DNA from: Azolla caroliniana
Taxonomy: Eukaryota > Plantae > Polypodiophyta
DNA: 20,752 bases
Assembly (NCBI GenBank): GCA_043228905.1
Contig: JBHGNT010000561.1
Coordinates: 1 to 20,752 of the forward strand
Direction of reading: 5' to 3'
Position 1 is the first letter of the stretch; each line of letters starts with the position of its first letter. Below, piece after piece: positions 1 to 16,779 of the stretch. Below the pieces are notes generated by a model. That model was not told the origin of the DNA. It saw nothing but the letters and a program-made list of their open reading frames with translations, and made no database searches. The translations under genes and the position numbers were made by a program.

Positions 1-648
1 ACCACAACCTCTAGTTTGTCCATGTCCTCCATATTCTCTATCCTTAGATGGTTTAGGGCAAGCATTCTTTAAATGACCAGCTTCACCACAATTGTAGCAT
101 TTTCGATTTTCACTTCCTCTTGAATTTGACACCATTAGTGCCGATCGTACCCTTGGAAGTCCAGTAGTGTCAGAGAGCAACTTCATTCCACTCTCCTCTT
201 GTATCATAGTCGCAATTGCCTCATCAAGTGTGGGAATTTCAGCCTTGGCTAGAAGAATTGCCCTTCTTTGATCAAACAATGGGTTGAGATGTTTCAAAAA
301 TTGCATGGTTCTTCTTTGAGCAGAAATTTCCTTGCTCTTACATTGAGGATCATTGCACACTGTCACAGGCAAGATATGATCATATTCTGCTCAAAGACGC
401 TTCAACTCTATGGCATATTCTTGAGTTATCCTATCTCCCTGCCAGACAACATCTATCTCCTGCTCGATTTGAAATACTCTCATGTTTTTCCCCCTCCCGG
501 CATACGTCTTTTGCAATTCTTCCCAAATCTCCTTCACACTTAAAATTCCATCAACAGTTGTGTTGATTGATGGAACCATGGAGTTGAGAAGCCACGCATA
601 CAAAGACATGTGGGTAGCTCTCCATGCTTTCCATTCATCGCTCTTAGG
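1..648 (-). mobile_element. Ty1/copia gag fragment (Ale/Retrofit-like lineage), degenerate, runs off left edge
   Basis: One minus frame from 648 reads PKSDEWKAWRATHMSLYAWLLNSMVPSI...IWEELQKTYAG...EYAIELKRL*AEYDH...FLKHLNPLFDQRRAILL...PTLDEAIATMIQEES...CYNCGEAGHLKNAC. It has the WLLNSM gag motif and a CCHC knuckle at 58-99, with one in-frame stop at 391-393. Lineage assignment is from recalled similarity. Confidence 0.85.
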
Positions 649-3600
649 TAACCGCAGCCCAATGTTCCTTGCCGGGTTTGCTCATGAATTGGCTGACCAT
701 TTTGACAACATAGGCAATGTGCGGCCTAGTGCACACCATTGCATACATCAGGCTTCCGCATAAGGGATCTTGTTCATCTCAGCTTTGTCCACTTTTGTTG
801 TCGGACATTGGTTTCCGCTCAACTTATTGTTTGTCGGCAATGTCGACCCGACCAGCTTTGCATTCTGCATGTTGAATCTCTGGAGCACCTTTGTCACATA
901 TTTCTCTTGTGGCAGCCACAATAACCTTTGTCCTGGACAATGTGCATGCCCAGAATTTGCTTGGCCGGACCCATATCCTTCATTGCAAACGACTTGCTCA
1001 AGGCCTTCTTCAAGCTTGCAATTTTCTTCAGGTCCTGTTTGACAATCAACATGTCATCAACATACAACAGGAGGATAAGGAAGTGTCCTCCTTCGTACTT
1101 CTTCACGAAGACAGTGGTCAACATGTGTCTTGTTGAAGCTGTGTTCTACCATGAAGGATTCAAATTTCCGGTACCATTGCTGGGGCGCTTGCTTCAGCCC
1201 ATACAAGCTCTTCCTTAGCCGGCATATTAGGTTTTCCTTTCCTTCCTCTACAAATCCTTCAAGTTGCTGCATGTAGATTTCTTCCTCCAAATCTCCATGC
1301 AAGAAAGCAGTTTTGACATCTAGTTGCTCAACTTCTAAGTTCATGTTGGCTGCCATGCTCAACACCGTCCTTATGGATATCATTTTTACGACCGGGGCAA
1401 ATATGTCGTCGAAATTTACACCCTTTTTATGTTGGAACCCCTTCACTACAATGCGGGCTTTGAATCTGGGTGGATTCCTGCCTTCTCCCGGCTTCAATTT
1501 GTAGTCCCACTTATTCCGGAGTGCCTTTGTACCTTCTGGCAACTCGGTCAATTCATATGTGTGGTTCTCATGCAAGGAATCCATCTCATCTTGCATGGCA
1601 TGCAACCACTCTTTGTTGTGGGCATCTCTCTTAACTTCCTCAAAGCTTTCCGGTTCCCCCTCATCAATTAAGAGAACGCATTCTTTTTCCGGAAATCTAC
1701 GAGGGGCCCTTCTGTTTCTTAGGGGGTATCTCCCGCTTTGATTTTCAGCAGCTGGCTCTACATCATCCTCTTCAACCGGTTCCTCATCCTCATCCGATTC
1801 GGATCCTTGTTGGGATCCGGCTTCCGGATGCCGTTCGGCTGCTCCGGCTCCATGTCGGATTCGGCTTCTGGATGCCTTCCAACCGATCCGGCTCCTTATC
1901 CGGATCTAGCTGGCCCACTTTGTTCTTCGGTTGACATCTAGCGGTATATATCTCAACCGGTTGTTCTTTTCCAATTGGTTGGGAGGGTGATCCTGTCTTC
2001 TCCATCTCCCAATCTGCAATAGTCTTTTCTTCCATAAAGAATATGTCCCTGCTCCTGATGACCTTTGTGTCAATCAGGTCCCACAACCGGTAGCCGAATT
2101 CATCTTCACCGTACCCCAAGAAAATACATGGCCGGCTTTCAGGATCCAATTTTCCTCTCTGATCCTTGGCAACATGCACATATAATAGGCAACCGAACAC
2201 CCTCAGATGTCGGTATGACACTTCTTTGCCCGTCCACACCCTCTATGGGACATCGCCACCCAAGGGAACTAAGGGAGACCTGTTTATGACGTGAACAACC
2301 GTCATCAACGCCTCATCCCAATAGGTTCTTGGCAACTTTGCATGAGCCAGCATACATTAGACCCTTTCCATTACAGTCCGGTTCATCCTTTCGGCCATTC
2401 CGTTTAGTTCCGGAGTCTTCGGCATTGTATACCCTAGCCGGATACCTTGTGAACAGCAGTATTCTTCATACTGCCGTTTGTACTCCCCTCCATTGTTTGT
2501 CCGGACAGCAGTCAGTTGTCGTTCGGATTCCCTTTCGGCTCTTGCATGGAACTCTTTGAAGACAGACAACACTTGGTCCTTTGTGTTCAGCACGAAAGCC
2601 CACAACTTTCGGCTATAATCATCTATGAAGGTAACGAAGTACTGTGCATTGGCATGTGATTTTGCATCTACATAGCATACATTGGTGTGCACAAGTTCAA
2701 AAGCATCCTTCATCCTCATCCTTGTTTTGCTTCCTGTCCAGACAGTCCACACACTTATCCAGGTGCACATTCTTCACCTCTAGTAGGAGTTCTTTTCCGG
2801 CTAGCATTTGCATACCCTACTGACTCATGTGGCATGGCCTCTTATGCCACAGCTCTCCGGTTGTGTCGGCTGCCACATTTGCCCTGTTCAGGCATAGCCG
2901 TAAATACATCACATATAATGTATTTTGCTTCCTTGCACTAGCCACAATCAGGTTTCCCTTGCAGAATTTCCATGTGCCATTTTGAAAGTTACCGCTATAA
3001 CCTTCATCATCAAGCCGTCTAGCTGATATATTCAGCCTGTTATCCGGAACATGACGTACATCCTTCAGGATCATTCTGCAGCTTGTTGAGGTCAGCAAAC
3101 ATACATTTTCAATTCCGACAATCTTGCATGCACCATCATTCCCTATCTTGACGCAGCCGTAATCTCTGGCCGTGTAGGATGAGAAGCATTCTCGTTTGGG
3201 GGTCAAGTGAAATGATGCACCGGAGTTGACCACCCATGATGACTCATCGCTAGCGAGGTTTACTTCATTCTGCTCACTGATGAACAACAGCTCTTCCTCA
3301 CTTGCTACAACGGCCGAAGTGACCTTACTTTCTGAAATCTTCTTCGGTTTGGCACCTTCAACCCCCCCTTTGTCCTTTTTGTAGTGCCGACAGTTCTTTC
3401 GAAAGTGTCCCGACTTCCCACAATAGAAGGACGTGAGTCTTCCCTTAGACATCGACCTAGATTTGGGCCTGTCCTTGTTTTGCAGACATCTTTGCTTGCC
3501 CCTACCTCCATTGGAGTCACCTTCTGTGACTAGGGCCTTATGATCAGAGATGGACTCTTTGTCTTTCCGGTGAGCTTCTTCCGTCAGCAAGCTCGATTTC

Positions 3601-4126
3601 ACCATCTCTAGTGATAGCTGTTTTCCTTGTGGTGCTGAGTTACCCAAGGTCACCACAAGCGTCTCCCAGCTGTCTCCCAGCTGTCCAGAAGGGATCCTAG
3701 TAATAGCAATGCCAACACCTCGTCAGCCAAAGGTACTTCTAGAGAGGTGGTCGGATTTATGAGTCCTTGGAAGGCATTCAGGTGCTTTGCCATGCTTGAG
3801 CCATCCTGATATCTTAATCTCACTATCTTCTTGAAGACGGAGACTCTATTCACTGGGATCTTGTTCTCGATCTTCTTCCAAAGGACATCAGCCTCTGTCT
3901 CTTCATTGAAGTTGTTGTATAGATTCATGTCTATAAAACATCTTATGTATGTTGTCTTTAGATGCATGACTTCCCAAGTCGATGCATCAATCTTGTCAGG
4001 CTTGCTTTTGCCAAGCTATATTGGCAACCACATGTCTTTGCACACAAGCATGTCTCTCATCTTCGACGTCCAAACAGAGTAGTTGGAGCTGGTCAGCTTG
4101 AACATTCCTCCGAGGGATTCATCCAT
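649..4126 (-). pseudogene. copia gag-pol polyprotein pseudogene
   Basis: Starts MDESLGGMFKLTSSNYSVW (ATG 4126), with stops at 4016-4018 and 2817-2819 and an 11-bp duplication frameshift at 3661-3682. Motifs: knuckle remnant FYCGKSGHFRKNC, protease WVVNSGAS, integrase WHKRPCH..CVDC / LVHTNVC / FIDDYSRK / RTNNGGEY / NGMAERMN / KLDPESRPCIFLGY, RT KARIVVKGF / QLDVKTAFLHG / SLYGLKQAP / YVDDML (1053-1064). Several further frameshifts. Confidence 0.92.
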
Positions 4127-4150
4127 ATTCCTACAGCTTGGGAGGTTATG

Positions 4151-4169
4151 AACCTTCGCTCTTATTCCA
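4151..4169 (-). other. Primer-binding site (tRNA-iMet), degenerate
   Basis: The minus strand reads TGGAATAAGAGCGAAGGTT against the canonical TGGTATCAGAGCCAGGTT. It lies 3 nt inside the LTR terminal CA and just upstream of the gag ATG. Confidence 0.8.
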
Positions 4170-4374
4170 GTTTGTTAGGGAATATGGAACCGACCACAAC
4201 CGGTCAGCAAGCAAATCGAGGACAACAACGAAAAACGAAAACAGAAGAACATAGACACCAAGACATGGGAAAAACCATGGGAGCCCACAGACTTCAAACA
4301 GAATCACTATGTAGATGACTATACAAGAGATCATAGGCAACGACCTCGAGCTCGTCCTAGTCTTACAGACTGAT

Positions 4375-4412
4375 ACACACACACACACACACACACTCTC
4401 TCTCTCTCTCTC
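4375..4412. repeat. Compound microsatellite (AC)11(TC)8 within the LTR
   Basis: Directly visible; reads (GA)8(GT)11 on the element sense strand, downstream of the TATA box. Confidence 0.95.
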
Positions 4413-4484
4413 ACTTAGCAGACAATGATTACAACTCTCATTTTAATAATGTCCTCATACCCCACATAATGATTGCCCTAGGTG

Positions 4485-4492
4485 TATTTATA
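4485..4492 (-). promoter_or_regulatory. LTR TATA box (TATAAATA)
   Basis: Consensus TATA on the minus strand, mid-LTR, between a GC-rich U3-like part and the R/U5-like part. Confidence 0.6.
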
Positions 4493-5212
4493 CTTATACA
4501 CAAGTATGGGGTATTGACAAATGTAACCTCTAATCGGCTTCCGGTTCTTAGCCGGCCTTCATCCGATTCGGCTCTCTGCCGGCCAGCTGGCTCGGCCGGT
4601 TCTTTGTTAGTCTTCATCCAGTTCCCATGTCCAGCTCTTGTCTGGACTGATCGGCCTGTGGCTGGCCCTTAGCCGATCGACTACTGGTCGATCTGGCTGA
4701 TATCCTGTATCCGGCGTCAGATCCAGACAGGTCGGCTGCTAGCTGGCTACTTTGTCCAGATCCGGGCAGATGTCTTCAGGCCAATCCGGCTCTTTGTCCG
4801 GATCCAGCTTTCTTGCACATCCCATCCGGAGGAACCATCTATCCCAACATCTTCTTCATGTATATATGCTTGCTCTCCAAATGTTTTTGAAGGTAAGCCA
4901 TACGAGCCTCATTTCTTGCTTGATACTACGTGGTAGGAGTATCCCAAGTAGTTTTTCTCTTTTGCATGGGTGAATGCGAGGATTAAAAGTATGTTTGGTA
5001 GACAACACTATCAATACATGTGCCCATGCATCTCTGCCATCCCAATGAATTGGTTTTGCTATATGTGCAATAGGAACTGCTTCAAAACCAGGAAGCTTTC
5101 ACTAATTTTTGTTGATTATGTGTATTTGGATTTTTTATTTTCGATTTGGCCAATGAGTTTTATACCATTCTATCTTCTATTCAAGTTAAATTACAACCAT
5201 TTGATGTGATTA

Positions 5213-6012
5213 AATCTTCCTGTGCTCTTAATTTGTATCATAGGTTACTCATGAATATATTTTTATTGTGTAAATCTTTAAAGAAAGTTTCATGTCCCTC
5301 TTTTCTTTCTAGTTTGGGAAACTTGTTGCCTTTGTTATGTTTCCCTTGTTTTCTGTCGTGTTGGTATCTCGATCCATTCACCTTCCTCAGAAGCTACTGC
5401 ACTAACTGCCAAGTGTAGTTTTGCTAAATGGACTTTAGCTCGACCCATCAAATCTCACCGAAACCTGTTGGATAGGACCTCTTCACTGACATCGGCTCAA
5501 TAGGTGATTGCACTCATAGGGATTTGTGACAATCTTGCTGTGTTCTTATTTGTATCATAGGTTACTCATCAATCTATTTTTATCTGTGTAAATGTTTGAA
5601 AACAGTTTCATGTTCCTATTTCTTTCTTCACTTTGGAAACTTATTTCCTTCGTTTTGTTTTCTTTGTTTTCTGTTCTGTTGGTAACTCTATCCATTCAAC
5701 ATGGGGTCAATAGTTGATTGCACTCATAGGGATTTGTGATAATCTTGCCGTGTTCTTATTTGTATCATAGGTTACTTATCAATATATTTTTTATCGGTGT
5801 GAATGTTTAAAAACAGTTGTTTTGTTTTCTGTTCTGTTGGTAACTCTATCCATTCACCTTTCTCTCAGAAGCTACTGCACTAACTCCCAAGTGTTATTTT
5901 GCTAAATGTACTTGAGGTCGACCCATCAAATCTCACCAAAACCAATTGGATAGGACCTCTTTCACTGACATGGACTCAATAGGTGGTTGCACTCATAAGA
6001 ATTTTTGATAAT
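5213..6012. repeat. Imperfect tandem triplication of a ~320-bp intronic unit
   Basis: ATTTGTATCATAGGTTACT and TTGCACTCATA occur three times. Copies are ~5213-5530, ~5531-5740 (lacks the AGAAGCTACTGCACTAACT...GGATAGGACCTCT block) and ~5741-6012 (lacks a different ~50-bp block). Confidence 0.9.
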
Positions 6013-6162
6013 ATATCCATTTCTAATAGTGGATGACATCCATCATTTGAAACAAAATTCTATAGTTTTTTGGCCTTCCATTTATGATGATGCACCAACT
6101 GTTTACAATCTGTGCCATCTGTAAGAGCGGAATCTGCCACTGATGTTGAATTCCATGTGTAG

Positions 6163-9100
6163 GTGGAACCTAATCATGAGTTAAAAGGACTGGTCTGTGA
6201 TGGTGCTAATGTTCTTCCCACAAGGATCATTGAAGACTCCTTCAAGCATGAGTACGGTAAGTTGTTACCCATCTTTCCTTGATCTTGATAAAAGATCCAG
6301 ATTGAAAGATTTACTTTACTATGCAAAATTCATCAGGGAAGGTTATAAATGTCCAGCGATTGAATAAAGTTTTGGATACATTGAACGGATGGTACATGGA
6401 GCGTGGTTTGTTTGCGCAAGTAAGAATGATAATTCTGGATTTTTTCTCTATCTTTTAGAATGTAAATGCCTCATTCCATTTTTCACAATTATAGGTTACT
6501 GATGTTGAACTTTTGTCCGGTGGGATCATCCGTCTTCAAGTTTCTGAGGCAGTTGTAAACAGTATCAATATCCGCTTTCTTGACAGAAAGACGTATGTAT
6601 TATATAAATTGCTAGCCAAGATTTCTGCTTATCATTTGCTCGTTTGCCATGTGAATGTTGATGTAGTATTTTGATGACAGTGGTGAGCCAACAATTGGGA
6701 AAACACGTCCGGAGACACTTCTTAGGCAGTTGACAACCAAAAAGGGACAGGCATGTTCTAATCAAGTTTTTATGTTATTTTTCATTTTTATGGTAATCTA
6801 CTATTGGTGCTTGTTATTGTCCTACTTATATTCTTGTTTGGAAGCATGTTTGATGGTGTAAATGCATGTACTATAAACATGTTTATATTTTTTGCCAATT
6901 AGAATATAAGCTGTTATATAATCTACAGGTTTACAGTCTGCAACAAGGTAGACGGGATGTAGAGACTGTGCTAACTATGGGCATCATGGAGGATGTGAAC
7001 ATTGTTCCTCAAGCTGCTCCGGGAGGTAATATTCCTGAGATTTCTATTTCAATATGATGATAAAACCTGGATTCATGACTTGATACATCATATTTATTTT
7101 TAAGCAGATTCTGGTATGGTTGATTTGACAATGAATGTTGTTGAACGTGTACCTGGAGGATTTTCTGCTGGGGGTGGATTATCAGGAAATGGGTAAGTGA
7201 TGATTGATGTTGGTGATAGTATTTGAGCCTCTTTTAGTCTGTATGCTTTTATTGAATATAAATGTTTTACCTTTTGCAGTATTACAAGCGGTCCTCTTTC
7301 AGGACTTATTGGCAGGTATTTGTCAAATGCTTATGTTTTATACATTTTCAAGTGATGGTAATTTCTTTTATGTTGATCTGAGTTTATATATTTTCTGTTA
7401 TTGCAGTTTTGCTTATTCACATAGGAATGTTATGGGGAAGAATCAGAAGTTGAACATATCAGTAGAGCGGGGACAAGTAGACTCAATGTTTAGAATCAAT
7501 TACACTGACCCTTGGATTGAAGGAGATGATAAACGCACATCTCGTTCTATTACGATGCAGGTTGTTATACTCTATACCTTTTTTGAAGGAAAATTCGTTC
7601 TTGTACAACACTAGTTGATTCTTCTTCTTCATCATTTCTGACAGAATTCACGAACTCCTGGGACAATAGTTCATGGTGCCAGACGAGGATCGATAGGCCC
7701 CCTGCATGGTGGTGTTACTATTGGCAGGTTAACAGCAGGAGTGGACTACAGCCGTCCTTTAAGACCAAAGTGGAGTGGTACTGCTGGTATATCATTCCAG
7801 GTAAACATTGTACAATCATTAAATATGATAAATCATATGCTATGATTTATCCATCATATGATCTGGAACATTTTCATGCTTCATGACTTGTGCATATTGT
7901 ACCTGTACCAAATTTGGGTTTTATTGATGAGTTACAAATGCATAACGACTGTTGAGCTCAATTATTGTGTTCCAATCTAAGAGAATGCGTTGGCCTAAGG
8001 GGTCACCATTGGATTCTTAGCCTTTAATAGTTCAATATATTACCCCTTCCCCATACCATGAAAGGTTTCAGGTTTATATCAACTGATGCTGCAAATTATC
8101 TCAGCGTGCAGGTGCCAGAGATGATAATGGATGTCCAAAAGTTACTGACCTGTATGGTGGTCCTCTAACTTTTAGGTGAACATTGACTTTCTGTCAACCT
8201 TTAGTTCATACAAATTTTTTCAAGGATGGATTTCTTCAAAGATACTTTATTTGATGCTAGGCTAATTTGATGTAGTGGCAAGGCATATGATGACATGCTA
8301 GTTGCTAAGCTTGAGACCGTTTACACGGATTCTGGGGATCATGGCTCTTCTCAGGTGAATGAAGCAAATAATTTGTACACGAATGAAATCATCTCATTGG
8401 TGTTGCTCATGTATATCATGTTCTAAATTGCACATGGTGTCAGTTTGTTTTCAATGTCGAACAAGGCATGCCTATTGCACAAGATTGGTTGTTTTTCAAC
8501 CGATTGAATCTTCGTGCTAGACAAGGTGTACAAATTGGTCCGGCTCGTTGTATTGCCAGGTAATGAAGGACTCTGAGAGACCATATTTTGTTTGGTAAAG
8601 ATTATAGTGAGTAATAGAGTAGCTTCTTTGCAGCTTTTCAGGAGGTACTGTGATTGGAGATTTACCTTCTCATGAAGCATTTCCTATTGGAGGTACAAAT
8701 AGTGTACGTGGATATGAAGAGGGAGCAGTGGGTTCTGGGCGTTCATGTATTGTTGCAAGTGGTGAAATTTCGGTTCCCATGGTAGTTGTTTTTCTATCTT
8801 CTAATATTAATGCACTATAGTTATGTTCAATTTGTTTCTTGTATAATCATTAAGAAATGTATATTCTAAGCAATTTTGTTTTCTATATTTCTTAAGAAAC
8901 AGAACTTCATCAATCGTTTTTTTTCTATATTTGTTAGGAAACGAGCCTTCATCAAGTTAATTTTATTTTTCTATGTTTATTAAGAAACATACCTCCATTA
9001 CATTTTTACTGCAGTTTGGACCGCTGGAAGGTGCTATCTTTGCTGATTATGGCACAGATCTTGGATCAGGACAGACAGTTCCAGGTATGAGAAACTTGAG

Positions 9101-9336
9101 TAGAACAAAGGAATTTGTAGGAATTGACCATGAATATATATGGACTAAATAACACTTTTGTTTTGTGTATCATATATACAGGTGACCCTGCTGGCACCAG
9201 AGGAAAGCCAGGAACTGGATATGGATATGGAGCTGGCATTCGTGTGGATTCTCCTCTTGGTCCATTGCGTCTCGAGTATGCATTAAATGATATAAGTCAA
9301 CGGAGATTTCATTTTGGGATTGGATACAGAAACTAA
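6163..9336 (+). CDS. OEP80: Outer envelope protein 80 (Toc75-V; plastid Omp85/BamA beta-barrel insertase), 5'-partial, 15 exons, 503 aa visible
   Basis: Exons 6163-6256, 6337-6419, 6495-6592, 6681-6750, 6929-7025, 7108-7192, 7280-7315, 7407-7560, 7645-7800, 8105-8175, 8276-8354, 8444-8559, 8634-8781, 9015-9084 and 9182-9336 splice in phase with no stops (intron 6751-6928 is GC-AG). Protein: [12 protein letters not shown]...GWYMERGLF...[12 protein letters not shown] (POTRA), [35 protein letters not shown] (VRGY loop-6 motif), [12 protein letters not shown]...FHFGIGYRN*. Colinear with Arabidopsis OEP80 as recalled. The start codon and first exon(s) were not found in the window. Confidence 0.96.
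8877..9005. repeat. Three degenerate ~45-bp repeats in OEP80 intron 8782-9014
   Basis: A motif like TTTTCTATATTT.TTAAGAAAC....CTTCATCAA recurs three times up to the acceptor. Confidence 0.65.
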
Positions 9337-9378
9337 AGCAACATGGAGAGCATCTAGTGGACGCCGGAAATGTATACC

Positions 9379-9384
9379 AATAAA
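9379..9384 (+). promoter_or_regulatory. Candidate polyadenylation signal of OEP80
   Basis: AATAAA about 40 nt after the stop, followed by U-rich sequence. Plant signals are degenerate. Confidence 0.35.
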
Positions 9385-9801
9385 TTATGTTTTGATCTCA
9401 TGTAGAAAAGCTTCTATTTAGAGGCACTGCTCCCTTTGTGTTCCCTATGAAAACAAACCAAGACACCAGATATCCAGTTTTCCAAAGTCGAACAATAATA
9501 CCAGTCATTTTCTTCGTTCTATCGGAACATAGATTGGTTTTGAGCAATTGATCCAGAGATTCAGAATTCGAGTTAAAGATGTAGATGTAATTTTTTAATA
9601 CACGATCCATAATGATGGATCGGAGTGCATGTATACAAAACTGGAGAGCTAACTGGATGTCATCCTCTACCATAAAATGAGCTATTTTAGTTAAATCATA
9701 AGTGTCAATGAGGTGAAAGAGACGATGACAAGGCATAAAACATAATCGTCATATTTAAGAATCCTATCTTTGAGACAGTATTGGCACATTTATGTCTATA
9801 T

Positions 9802-10053
9802 GAGGGTTTTCAAATATAGGAATTGGCTCACTAATTGGTTGGGAGAAGCTTTCCGAGTATTGTAATACTTGATTTTTTTTATCAACAAACACACTTGCAT
9901 AATCAATATTCATGCAAATTAATATGCTAATAAAAGGGATTTCAAATATAAAAAGTGTTTCACTAATTGGGTGGGAGAAGCTTTTCAAATTAATATGTTG
10001 TATAAGGGTTTTCAAATATGGGAATTCCAGCACACAGATTGGTAGGGAAGCTT
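9802..10053. repeat. Three dispersed ~50-bp imperfect repeats in the intergenic region
   Basis: AGGG(T/A)TTTCAAATAT...ATTGG...GAAGCTT at ~9802, ~9935 and ~10005. Confidence 0.7.
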
Positions 10054-10896
10054 GATTATTGTAACACTCTCATGAATGATATTAGAAATTAATGGGGTAC
10101 TCAGATGTAATTCCTATTGAAACGAAGAGTTCTTCAGTCGTAAAAGTTGAACCTCTCCTTTAAAAGTATATGCATCTCTCATGGTAAATGATTATCATCC
10201 ACAAGTGCGCAACACCACTATTAAGACAAGGTGCAATGTAATTTAAATATGTTATGATCCTTTAGACTCTTCAGGAGTTCAAAATGCCAGCATGTTTTCA
10301 TTGACATATTGCATTCCAACCAGAAGGTTATGAAATAATTCATACGAGACTCTCAGGTTAAAAAGTTGCCTGTATAAGCCTTCCGTTTTACAGTTAAAAT
10401 ATGGAGGGCAAACTAGTTTACATGAGCATAACTTTCAGTACCTGTTTTATGTAGAGCATATTTTGATTGTACTAATGCTCCTACAAAAAAAGATGAATGA
10501 ATAACCCTCTAAAACTTTGAATTTTCCGAGCCACTCAAGAAATATGAATGACCAATTTCAAATTTCTTGAAATATGGAAGTATGAATACGGATTTCAAAT
10601 TTCTTGAAATATGAATGTACAATTTGTTGAAAGGTATGAATGTATGGATAGGCATGCTATACCATTAAGGAAATTTTGTTGTGTAAATGAGAAAAATGAA
10701 TAATGTTGGCTTTAATAAAATTACAATATTCTTGCCTTCCAAGCATTTAAATAGGAGCAGTACTTGTGAATAAACTTTCTTTCAGAAAAGGATGTAGTAA
10801 TTATATATGCACAAGATGATTCGATGTTCAAACTTCTGGCCAATTATTCTTCAATGCACACTACAATTGAAGACAACAATGACTTTCCAGCATCTT

Positions 10897-16779
<5,883 letters not shown>

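Larger units (their letters stand above)
649..4849 (-). mobile_element. Degenerate, 3'-truncated Ty1/copia LTR retrotransposon (Tto1/Tork-like)
   Basis: The minus strand shows LTR (4849-4173), PBS, gag, protease, integrase and RT in copia order. It ends abruptly after ...SKPGKEHWAAV at 649. RNase H, PPT and the 3' LTR are absent. Confidence 0.93.
4173..4849 (-). repeat. 5' LTR (~677 bp) of the Tto1-like element
   Basis: Minus strand TGTTGGGA...TCCCTAACA gives TG..CA termini with an imperfect inverted repeat. Internal TATA box and adjacent PBS. No second copy in the window to confirm. Confidence 0.8.

Noticed and set aside
268-4318. Plus-strand ORFs over the retroelements
   Set aside because: They are antisense to copia gag-pol, with no independent coding evidence.
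9603-9622. CGATCCAT-AATG-ATGGATCG hairpin as a terminator or Helitron end
   Set aside because: The locus is eukaryotic, there is no properly spaced CTRR end, and one 8-bp stem can occur by chance.
9398-10033. Minus-strand ORFs of 112 and 89 aa between the genes
   Set aside because: AT-rich UTR/intergenic sequence and local repeats, with no recognisable motif.
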